Positions 34,913-46,300 of a stretch of 64,000 nucleotides of DNA are shown in pieces (the stretch's first letter is position 1; each line of letters starts with the position of its first letter). The position numbers were made by a program, and so were the translations under genes. The stretch covers positions 35,156,001 through 35,220,000 of the forward strand of contig NC_086108.1 in assembly GCF_963921235.1 (NCBI RefSeq), read 5' to 3'. The notes below the pieces were generated by a model. That model was given only the letters and a program-made list of their open reading frames with translations, had not been told where the DNA came from and made no database searches. This DNA is from Mobula hypostoma. Lineage: Eukaryota.

Positions 34913-36700
34913 CTTAGATGCCAAGAAGGGCTGGAAAAGGGTGCAGAGGATCTTTTCAAGGTCTATCCCCAGCTTGCGGTCATTGGGATCACTGAGTCCT
35001 CTGTTGTGGTGCTTTGCGGATCACAGAATCCTCTTTTGCGATCTTTTGCCCCCGAGCAAGTACGTAATAGAGGATGCCGTGATCTGGGAGGCAAACTGAG
35101 ACAAACATCAGCTGCTACTGGAAGATTCTTAACTCAGTGAAGGTGCTCGTTGGTCCACCGGAAACTTGTTGGTCTTCCATTGTAAGACAACGTCCACAGC
35201 CAGCGGTGCTAGATGGCACAAGGATGTGTGATACATCACAGAGACTCTGTGGAGAAGAGCCACAATCTAGGGTCCTTCCGTTACCAGATACTGAAAGTCT
35301 GGGCCCTGTGTCCTGTGTCTGGGTCCTGTTCTCTCAAACACTTCACAGATGCATTGTTTAAGAAGATAATGTGAGTTGCAGTGATTTATTGTAAGAAAAT
35401 GTATTGAGTTACTCTTAAAATGAGCATAGAGAAAGCCATGTCCTATTTACATGAAGTGTATGTAATAGCAATAAAATAAAACTGGCAAAATCCCTTTGTG
35501 CACATATTAATTGGGCAATCATCTATACAGAAAATTGTTAAGGCCCTCCAGGAAAAGGAGATAATGGTTGCTGTTGGCAAATTCACTGAGCAGACTGGCA
35601 CAACACCGGATCAGCAGAACTTTCAGAGAAGCACCAGCCCTTGCTTGAGGGGTGGTAGGTGTCCTCCACATCAGAGCCTTCGTGAACAGCGGATGTCTCT
35701 GTGCCACTGAAGCTCTGCCCTCAAAGCTGTAGTGTTGATAAGGCGTCATTCATCTGCATCTGTGTCTGCTTAGAAGTTCTGAAAAGAGATGCAGTGGGCT
35801 TTGTCAAGCCTCATTCTGAACAGTTAGATAGTGCAAATAAGCTCTGCCCTACAGGTTGATCCATTTATGATTATAAATTGTCTGTGAATGTACTGGAGCC
35901 CCTACTGTGTAGCATCTTCAGTACATTAGAAGGATGTTGGTGCATTAGTAGGAGCAAAATCCTATAGTCTAGAATCTGTTCAGCACCATCAAACTGGATT
36001 ATTAGAGTTTTATTATGATCTGCCTGCTTCATACAAAGTAGTTAGTGCATACATAATTGATAACTAAAAGGATAATATGAGTGTTTTTTGACCTTAGTAC
36101 TTTGCAGGAGCAGTTGTTTATTAATAAGTTTAAGTTGCAGGTATTGGTGCGGAGGGACAATATTTTCTTCCTGTCATGCTGGTCAAGCATGAATGAGTGC
36201 AACTTTCATCAAATGCAAAACCAAGAAACATCTCCACTAAACAGCAGCATTAGTAAACAAAGCGTCATCCGATGACTGGCAGTGCTCTCGTTTACACTGT
36301 GTTCCAGCTTCCAGCGCACAGCATGGAATTGGCTTGAGAGAGGAATAAAAAGGATACTGAGGAAAGCCATTGTCTGGAAGATATTGGGCATTATTGTTTG
36401 CCTTTATTTTTGTGACACTGAACAGGTGGAACCTGAGATATCAAACTGTAGTGAAATGTTTATTTCCCAGTTGGGTGGTGTTATTGAAAGAGGGACCGTC
36501 CTGTGAAAGCAATACGGACTAGGGCTTCTTGCAATAGTCAGGAAGAAAAATAGAATCCTGTGGGAGTAACTCACAGACATCCGGTCTCCAGTTCCAGCCC
36601 TTGGCCTGCTCCAGCTATCCAGCAAGGTGGTGCCCCTGACCAGTGGCGACAGCTTGCAGACAGCTTACAAAACTGCTGGATATTCTTCTTTTTCTAAATA

Positions 36701-37975
36701 CCGTAAATTCCAGTGTATAAGCCGAGAAATTGGCCCTAAATTTTGGTCCAAAAATTAGGGGGTCGTCTTGTACAGATGGTGCCAACTTTGGAAAAACGAA
36801 TACACGGAAGACAGGTCATATTTATTGGCTGTTTTTGAGTCAAATTCGTTTCACTGTCGACGCATGAATTCTTTGAATGTTTGTTTAAACTCATATCTAG
36901 TGGCTGAAGCACGGACGTCAAACCACCGGGGAAGACTGCAATGTCCGTATTTTCAGCTTTCAATGCTGCTTTTGTCTCACCTGACAAGTGCGCTTTGAAC
37001 ATGTCCCAGACAAGTAGCGACTTTTCCTTCGCGAAACCTTCGAGACGTCAACGCCACATCTTTTTTAACCCACTTCAAGCAACCCGCTTCGTCCGTCCAG
37101 CAGTGTTTTTGGATGTAAACAACAACACCACACGGGAATTTTCTGAGCAATCTTTGTTTTTTGCCTCAATACAAGAGCACGTCTATTCATAAATCGGATG
37201 CACCAACTTCGTGTAGCTTTGAAATTTTCACTGACCTCACAGTGTTTTTCGTCCCATTTCAACGCTTGATCTCGAATCATTTCTCTGGTAATAATGTATC
37301 CAGGCGATCACTGGTGATTCACCCACTATAAAATTTTTCTTCAGTTCTGGCCACTGGCATGTTTTCCCGCGGTTTGCACATTTTTTCTTTGGCATTTCCC
37401 TCAGCATGTCCTCTACCTTTCTCCACTCTCTCACTTGTTTCTTATTTACACTAAAGTTCTTAGCAGCTGCAGAATTATTCGTTCCTTTAGCAAAATCAAC
37501 AACCTTCAGCTTGAAGCCAGCATCATATAGCATTTGTTTTAATCCTTTGTACATGGTGGTCGCAAACTCAATACTGAGTACACGTACTGATCCCGCCACC
37601 CCGTGTTATGTTTTAACGAGATTACGATGGGCGCTAAATGGTTTCATGGGGGTTACATTCCAGAGGATTCTTTACCATTGGAGACCCAATCCAAAATTTC
37701 ACTCCCTGATTTATTTATTAAGAATTCACTTATAACGCTCTACAATCTGTAGACCTGTTTTCTTAGCAGGTACTGGTTCACAAAATTTCCAGGTTCCGGA
37801 TCCGGCAAAGCTGAGTACCAGCATGTGAGATCTTGTGATCTTTTCTGGTTAAATCAAAAACCTCTACAAAAGGGGTCGGCTTATACAAAGGTGACGTGAA
37901 AAAGTCACTTTTTTAACCTTGAAAATGGAGGGGTTGGCTTATACTCTGGGTTGGTTTATACCCCGGAATATACAG
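36701..37975 (-). mobile_element. pogo/Tigger-family DNA transposon, internally deleted (Brinker-type HTH, CENP-B HTH, DDE_1 remnants)
   Basis: TA TSD with TIRs ccgtaaattcc..gtataa / ttataccccggaatatacag. ORFs 37237..37599 (YDAGFKLKVV..VREWRK), 37065..37280 (FKATRSWCIRFMNR) and 36736..37002 (PGGLTSVLQPLD). Confidence 0.85.
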
Positions 37976-38689
37976 TATATTTCTTCTTCGGAATTGTGAT
38001 CGATTGCAGCCTGTAATTTCCCTTTTAAGAATGTATTTTTGTGCCGACTGAACAATCTGGCACATCTGTGATCTCTGGGGGGTTTGGGGTGGATGAGGTA
38101 TCATGTTGATTGCTCATGGTGGAACACGAACCTGTGGTCGGCTCCATTACTGTGCGTTAATTAAAGCATCGAGCAAGATTAAAATCGCTGAGGATGAGAG
38201 AGGGGAAAAAACAGGTGAGCAGCACTGTCTGCTTGCATTTGTCCAGTCTCTCTTGCTGTTGGCAATGGGCAGAAGATGCAACAGGCTTGGGTCCCATGCT
38301 GCTGGGTTAGACAACAGCTGCTGCCTGCAACCATTCGTCTTCTGGATTGGCTCACTTCAGCGCAGAACGTGCTCTGCAGTTGTGGACTCGCATCAGGGAC
38401 TCTGCATTTCCTGTTCTTTATGGGTTTTTTCTGTTAACTTCTTTTTTTACTCTTTACGTGATTTAATCAGGGCCTGTCAGCGGTGAACTGTCTCTGCAGC
38501 AGTGGCCAGCTCCAAACTGACAAAGAGCTGAGGACTCACTTTAGGGGGCTCTGCAATTAAAGTTATTTGTTTACTTTTTATTGTTAGCACGATTTGTTTT
38601 TTCACACACTGGGTGTTTGATGGTCTTGTTGACTGGGAGTTTTCTTTAAATGCATTCTATTGTGTTACTTTGTTTTTTCTCTTTCTCCT

Positions 38690-38723
38690 TTCTGTCCTCT
38701 CTCCTCTCTCATTCTCTCTCCCC

Positions 38724-38808
<85 letters not shown>
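38690..38808. repeat. (CT)n microsatellite
   Basis: Long uninterrupted ctctct run. Confidence 0.95.
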
Positions 38809-38979
38809 ACAACACTCTCATTAAAATCAGTAAACTGTCCTCTGGTTTCAGAGTCTCCCTCTCTCAGTAGTTGGGCCATATCCGAACACGCTGACAGAAG
38901 GTCTTAATCCAAAGTGTCGACTGTCCAGTACCCTCCACAATACAGTTTTACACTATTAAAATCAACTAATGATACAATA

Positions 38980-39330
38980 TTAGAGCTGCTACCTCCCAGC
39001 TCCAGCGACCCAGGTTCAATCCCAGTCTCGGGTGCTGTCTATGTGGAATTTTCACATTCTCCCTGTGACTGTCTGAGATTCCTCTGAGCGCAGTGGTTCC
39101 CTCCCACATCCGGGTCAGTAGGTGAATTGACCATTGTAAGTTGTCCCTGAGCGCACTGGTTCCCTCCCACATGTGGGTCGATAGGTGAACTGACCATTGT
39201 AAATTGTCCCTCAGTGCACTGGTTCCCTCCCACGTCTGGGTCAGTAGGTTAATTGACCATTGTAAATCGCCCCTGACATGAGGGTGAGTGTTAGAATCTC
39301 GGAGGAGTTGATGGGAAAATGAGAATGAAT
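38980..39330 (+). mobile_element. V-SINE/HE1-like SINE with an internal 63-bp triplication
   Basis: cagctccagcgacccaggttcaatcc..ggtgctgtctatgtggaattttcacattctccctgtgact. Repeat units start at 39084, 39147 and 39210. Confidence 0.7.
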
Positions 39331-39334
39331 ATAT

Positions 39335-40255
39335 TTTCACCATTTACACTTTGGACTTCAACTACTGCACAGAGTCTTGTCATCTTCAGAAGTTTTCTGA
39401 TGACTCTGCCGTAGTTGGATGCATCAGCAAGGGAGATGAGGCTAAGTACAGGGCTACGGTAGGAAACTTTGTCACATGGTGTGAGCAGAATTATCTGCAG
39501 CTTAATGTGAAAAAGACTAAGGAGCTAGTGGTAGACCTGAGGAGAGCTAAGGTACCGGTGATGCCTATTTCCATCCAGGGGGTCAGTATGGACATGGTGG
39601 AGGATTACAAATACCTGGGGATGCGAATTGACAATAAACTGGACTGGTCAAAGAACACTGAGGCTGTCTACAAGAAGGGTCAGAGCCGTCTCTATTTCCT
39701 GAGGAGACTGAGGTCCTTTAACATCTGCCAGACGATGCTGAGGATGTTCTACGAGTCTGTGGTGGCCAGTGCTATCATGTTTGCTGTTGTGTGCTGGGGC
39801 AGCAGGCTGAGGGTAGCAGACACCAACAGAATCAACAAACTCATTCGTAAGGCCAGTGATGTTGTGGGGATGGAACTGGACTCTCTGAGATGGTGGTGGT
39901 GTCTGAAAAGAGGATGCTGTCCAAGTTGCATACCGTCTTGGACAATGTCTCCCATCCACCACATAATGTACTGGTTGGGCACAGGAGTACATTCAGCCGG
40001 AGACTAATTCCACTGAGATGCAACACAGAGCGTCATAGGAAGTCATTCCTGCCTGTGGCCGTCAAACTTTACAACTCCTCCCTTGGAGGGTCAGACACCC
40101 TGAGCCAATAGGCTGGTCCTGGACTTATTTCCTGGCATAATTTACATATTACTATTTAATTATTTATGGTTTTATGACTATTTAATTATATATGGTGCAA
40201 CTGTAATGAAAACCAATTTCCCCGGGATCAATAAAGTATGACTATGACTATGACT
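39335..40255 (+). mobile_element. 5'-truncated Rex1/Babar LINE (RT C-terminal part)
   Basis: ORF 39351..40007 HLQKFSDDSAVVG..LQLNVKKTKELVVD..SRLYFLRRLRSF, one frameshift, then AATAAA and an (ATGACT)n tail. Confidence 0.9.
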
Positions 40256-40439
40256 TACAGAGAAAAGTAGTGGTAAATAACATTGCTCTGTTGCTAACAA
40301 TTTGATAGACTGAAATGGCCTCTTATGAGGAAATATGGAAGACAGGCACTCAGATAATGAGTGTTTGATAGCCTGAGGATATCAAATGCATTAAAGTATG
40401 TTCAAAGCAGTTTGAATAATTGACATTAGCATCAGTAAG

Positions 40440-42450
40440 AACTGAGAACATCAAAAAATGCAGCATAGGAACAGGCACTTCAGCCTATGATATTGTGCCT
40501 AATTAAATAAACTAGTAATTAGAAACATAGAAATGTAGAAAGCCTACAGCACAATATAGGCCCTTCGGCCCACTAAGCTGTGTCAAACATGTCCTTACTT
40601 GAGAAATTACCTAGGGTTACCCATAGCCCTCTATTTTTCTGAGCTTCATGTACCTGTCCAGGAGTCTCTTAAAAGACCCTATCGTATCCGCCTCCACCAC
40701 TGTTGCCAGCAACCCATTCCATGCACTCACCACTCTCTGTGTAAAAAAACTTACCCCTGACATCTCCTCTGTACCTACTTCCAAGCACCTTAAAACTGTG
40801 CCCTCTTGTGCTAGCCATTTCAGCCCTGGGAAAAAGCCTCTGACTATCCACACAATCAATGCCTCTCATCATCTTATACACCTCAATCAGGTCATCTCTC
40901 ATCCTCCATCGCTCCAAGGAAAAAAGGCCGAGTTCACTCAACCTGTTCTCATAAGGCATGCTCCCCAATGCAGGCAACATCCTTGTAAATCTCCTCTGCA
41001 CCCTTTCTATGGCTTCCACATCCTTTCTATAGTGAGGTGACCAGAACTCAGCACAGTACTCCAAGTGGAGTCTGATCAGGGTCCTATATAGCTGCAACAC
41101 TACCTCTCGGCTCCTAAACTCAACCCAGTGATTGATGAAGGCCAATGCACCCTATGCCTTCTTAACCACAGAGTCACCTATGCAGCAGCCTTGAGTGTCC
41201 TAGGGACTTGGACCCCAAGATCCCTCTGATCCTCCACACTGCCAAGAGTCTTACCATTAATACTATATTCTATCATCATATTTGACCTACCAAAATTAAT
41301 TAAATGCCTAATTTAACAAATTATTTTGCCTACACAAATACCCATTCCCCTTCATTATCTGCATAATCATGTGTCAATTTAAGAGCCCCTGAACATCTCC
41401 ATTGTTTTTGCTTCCACCAACAGCCCTGATAGCACGTACCAGCCTAGCCAGAGTTTTATAAACCTGCAATATAACTTCCTAATGAACTCAATATTTCAAC
41501 TAATTAAAGCAAGCATTCCATGTGCCATCTTTGCCACTCTATTAACCTGCACAGGCACTGTCAGGAGGTCATGGACTTGGACCCCAGGATCCTTCTGTAC
41601 ATTCACATTGTTAAGAGTCTTGCTATTAACTGTACACTCATCCTTTGCATTTCATTTCCCAAAGTGCAACACCTCCCACTTGGCCAGATTAAACTAAATC
41701 TGCAATTATATCTCTATATCTGCAATAGATATGCACCCCACTATATCCTTTGCCAGTTTTTTCTACTATCCTCAGCACCACCAATATTTGTGTCATCTGT
41801 GAACTTACAAACTCACCCATCCATGGTTTCATCCAGGTCATTTATATATGTCACAGACAGCAGAGGTCCCAGTACAGATTTCTGTGGAGCATTACTGGTC
41901 ATCCATCTCCAGCCAGAGTAAGTCCCATTGACTACTACCTTCTGAAATCTCTGGACAAGCCAATTCTTAATCCAAGTGGCTGTGGTTCTAGCACCAACCC
42001 AACATTAGGCCAAGTCACTGTGAGTCCCATGCATCTAAAACTTCTTGCGGAGTATCCTATTAGAGGCTTTGTCAAACGCCTTACTAAAATCCATGTAGAC
42101 ACCATCCATGGCTCTACCTTCATTAACCACCTTCATCACCCACTCAAAAACCTGTCACGTTAGTAAGACATAACTTGCTTCACACTGGATTAGATCCCAA
42201 ATTAGATCATGGTTTTCAAAACGCTCATAAACGCTGTCCCTAAGAATCCTTTCCACTAACTTCCCTGCCACTGATGTAAGGCTTACCGGTCTATGGATTC
42301 CAAGATTGCCCTTATTCCACTTCTCGAAGAATGGAGCAACATTAGCTACTCACCAGTACTCTGGGACCTCACCTGTGGCTAGAAAGGGCATGAAGATCTT
42401 TGTCAAAACCCCCAGCAATCTTATCTCTAGCCTCTCTCCTTAACCTGGGG
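40440..42450 (-). mobile_element. Old CR1 containing a younger CR1 insert (about 40520-41295)
   Basis: ORFs 40669..41145 and 40617..40859 come from the younger copy. RT remnants lie at 41480-42450. Confidence 0.8.
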
Positions 42451-42562
42451 TGTAACAAAGGACCTTGCAATTGGAATATTTTCCTATACAAAAGGTATAT
42501 AGTCGGGCAAAGGATGCACAAGTCTTGGAAATAAAGATCTCCATTATTTTTCACAAACACAT

Positions 42563-42568
42563 TTTATT
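42563..42568 (-). terminator. RGS8: Candidate RGS8 polyadenylation signal (AATAAA)
   Basis: tttatt on the plus strand about 560 nt downstream of the stop, at the end of a TE-free AT-rich 3'UTR-like block. Confidence 0.5.
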
Positions 42569-43126
42569 AATGATCTCATTTAATAAATATACTCAGAATA
42601 AATGGGCTGGGCTGATAAATATATATATATGGAAATGCACAGAATAAAAATGAGTATTTTCACTTATAGAGTGATCAACCAACAAATGGACATTGTATCA
42701 TAAATACTAATGCATTGATTTAAATCTACTGCGTTCATTTTGAACATTTAAACATATGTGCACTAAAACCCTGTATATTTGATCTTCTATCGCCATTACA
42801 GCTCAGAGATTTTAAGGATAGGCAAAGCTTGTTTCAGCATGCTTTTTGATGGTTAAGAAACAGTTCTAAACAACTTGATGTCAAAGGTAAGCTGGAGACA
42901 GGAGCCTGGCACAGCGAGGAAGCCCATTGGGAAAGGATTGCTGTCACACAAAATTGCATTCCATGTAATGGCTGGAAATCAGGAGCAAAGGGAGCACCAT
43001 AAGGAAGTTTCCCAATCTTCACCTCAACAATAATTTACAACAGGAGAGTGAAACTCGTGACCCATAGATGCAGGCGGTGGAGCAAAATTGAACTTAGTGC
43101 ACAGACTTGGTCCTGTGCTATGTTCC

Positions 43127-43327
43127 TCAGCTGAACCTCCTTTGTGTTTGACCATTACTGTGGGTCTGGTTTAACACGTCTAAGTAGACCTTTGATCTCA
43201 GGAACCTGGGGTACGAGTCCCTTTCCATTAGGCTGTAGACTCTCTTTTGGGCATCGTTAAAGCAGGCGTGGTCTGGCTCCAGCAGGTTCTTCCTGGTGAG
43301 CTCACGTGTTTGAAAGTCGATGTTCAC
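43127..43327 (-). CDS. RGS8: RGS8 last coding exon
   Basis: Acceptor ttctctttctcag|GTG. Encodes [18 protein letters not shown]...QRRFS, stop TGA at 43127-43129. Confidence 0.93.
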   Translation of the reverse strand: MNIDFQTRELTRKNLLEPDHACFNDAQKRVYSLMERDSYPRFLRSKVYLDVLNQTHSNGQTQRRFS

Positions 43328-46300
43328 CTGAGAAAGAGAACGAGCTTATGGTTACCCTGCTGCTTGCAGAGGTGCACTGACACTGGGGGAAGAAGCTACT
43401 TTGTCCAGAGATTGGGTTAGTCCTTGCTACTCTAGTTTAGAAGGGAGTCATTGCCTATAAATTCTAGTGATGCCTAGTAGGTCTGCTTTATAGTCACTGC
43501 AGTCTTAGTCAGAGGATGGGGTTTACACATCTCTCCGTGGGTGCCTCCAGTAGTGGTGGAAAGAGAGAGAGATCTGCCACTTGAGGGACTGATCCTGTTA
43601 CAATCACAGAGTCTGCTGTGGGGTCTACGCACCCTTGCACATGGGCTGTGGAGTGGATTTGGCAAACGTGCTCGTGAGTATGCATGTTCCAGCTAATTAC
43701 TGTTTCATTGTGGTGATGTTTAACTTCTCTCCCCTCATTCCAGTCTTGTCGAGACTTGACCAAAAGTAGAGAATGTCTACGCTCCCTGTTTACTGTTGTC
43801 CTAGTTCCAGGAAAGAAGGCTACCGATTGTTGCTGTTAAGAAGCTGTATAATGGGGAATGACTGGGTAGGTTGGGCTTATTTTCTCTAAAGCAAAGGTCA
43901 CTTGAGAGGTGGCTTGACAGAAGTACGTAAGATTATGAGGAACATTGATAGAGTAGAGTAGCCTTTCTCAACCTTTTTGCCCTGGAGGAGCCCTTCAAAT
44001 AATTTTTAGATCTCAAGGAACTCCTATGTAAAAATTATTATATTTTATAGCTCATGGTATGTTAATGTGATCAATAAGTTGTAGATATAATAATCCAAAA
44101 ATAATTACCAATGCCCTTTTGAGTAGAGTTTGAATTTTTAGCCAACCTTTCTTGGAAAAAAAAACAGGTAGTTAAGTTTAGCTTACCTTTCTTGAAGTTA
44201 ATCTCTTTCTTTCCCTTTCATAAATTTTTAAAATTCTTAAAGGAAATACTGTAAATTTCTGTTAAATAACTGGCAAGTCAAAACGAGATTTAATTTTTCT
44301 AACGGTAAGCTCAGTAGATGTAACTTAAATAAAGGTTGTAAATTAATTTTAATTAATGCTATTTACAATTTGAAAAATTATTGACAATTTTGAATAGTAA
44401 AGTTACTAAAAACCAGGAGCCTTTTCAATGTCTTGTACTGCGCCTTGTCCTAGCATCTTACACGCTTGCATTATTAGGTTCTCACCAACTGTGTGACTTT
44501 TCTTCTTCTGGGTAATAGGTTCTGCTACTAAATAACTTGCTTCCTGAATCTTTTTACTTACTGTGACTTTATTAATAAAAGCTTTATTATTTTATTTTGA
44601 GATTCCAATGGCCATTTCTGAACTTTATGTGTTATATGGCTATGATTAGTAGTTAAGTGTCGTTTCAATTTTGCTGGACCCATTGCTAAATTGCCACAGA
44701 CTAGGCACAATGAAATAGGACAACTTGGACCACCAGGCCATGGAAAACCCATTGATAAGTAGTTTTCAATGTGAAAATGAACTTATTTTATGTCTCTGTT
44801 TTTGCACTAGTGCCGTGAAATGAAAAAAGAATGGCATAATAAAGAACTAAACGAGAGAACCGCAAAAAAACTTCACAATACAATTCACTTCTAACCTACA
44901 CAGTCCATCTTTTGCAAGGTTTACAACAACAGCAAAGCAACAGACCAGCTGCTGAGTCACAGCATGTAAAAATTCCTTCTTTAGAATGAAAATTTCCCCC
45001 CAATTTTCTACTGGACCGTTAGAGTTTGTTCGCTCCTATAAGTTAGTCAGCAGCATGTAACAGGAAGTTGGGGAGGTAATTCGGGAGGGAGAGGCTGACG
45101 TCACAGCCCAAGTTAGGTGAATCCATGCAATGCTTGGAAAACGCACTTCACGCTCCTCTTCAGCCTACTGTCTGTGCAATAGAGTGCTCACAAATTATCA
45201 GCGGCCTCCCCTATCTCACGTCAAAAACCAAATAAACACAATCCTACTGTGCACTGCCATACTGGGCTGAGAGACCTCTAATGAGATTGCTAATGGGCCC
45301 GCTCGATCACTGCCCACCACTGCGAGCACTAGCATTGCGTGTTGCGTGAAGTTGAAAAAGTGACGTTTATTTTTTAAAATCCTGATCTTTCGCAGAACCT
45401 CGGTTTTGAAACCCTGGAGTAGAGCGTCAAAGTCTCTTTTCCTTAAAAGGAGTATGAAAAACAAGAAAGATGTATGTGTCAGAGTGAGAAAGGGTTTGAA
45501 GGGGGTGTGAGAGTGTTGATATCTAGAGCACACTCCTAGACGAAGTAGTTGAATCAGATACAATTATCACGTTTAAGAGGCATTCATACAGCCAAAGGAT
45601 GGCAGGGCTATAGTCTGAATGAGGTGAATGAGATTGGTGTAGATAGGCAAAGTAGTTGGCTGAAGGAGCTTCTTCTGTTCTATGTGTTAAGGGGTTATGG
45701 GATAGATGAATGGCGAACCCAAAACATAAATGCTAAGTCCTTAATTTGTCTCAGTGCTCTGCCAATTTGCTGCTGTGCTTGGAAGGCTGAGTTTTTCCAG
45801 CAATACTCACTCTTAGGAAACATGGTTTAATCTTCTTGGCAGTGCCCACAAAACATTGGGAGTGATGGGGAAAACCATTAAAATAGTTACTTTCATGTTT
45901 CACTCAGCACAGTCCATTTTCAAGCAAGTCCCAATGGCAGCACACAACCTAATTTCTAGGCTATTTGGCTGTAAACTACTTTGAGACACCTTGAGTTGGT
46001 AAAAGCATTGCAGAAAAGCAATTCTTTCTGAGTTTTTTTGCCATGAATTTCCAAGTGATGACATTTTCTCATTTGAAATTCTAAATCAAAACCAGCTAGC
46101 AAACCGGTTCTTTTTTTTAAAGAGGATTCCTTTCCTGTGCAAGCAAGCAAATATTATTTTTAAGCTCTTGAACAGCAAGTTAATAGCTTCAATATAACAG
46201 CTTCGGGGTTATGCATTCTTTGGGCATTCAACACAACTCTTCAAAGTGATTGCATTTTAAATTGAATGAGACAGTGTCAATCACTATAAGTGATTTTTAA

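Noticed and set aside
39084..39276. Regular repeats resembling a CRISPR array (also 55876-55937)
   Set aside because: Head-to-tail tandem units without unique spacers, in a vertebrate context with no cas genes.
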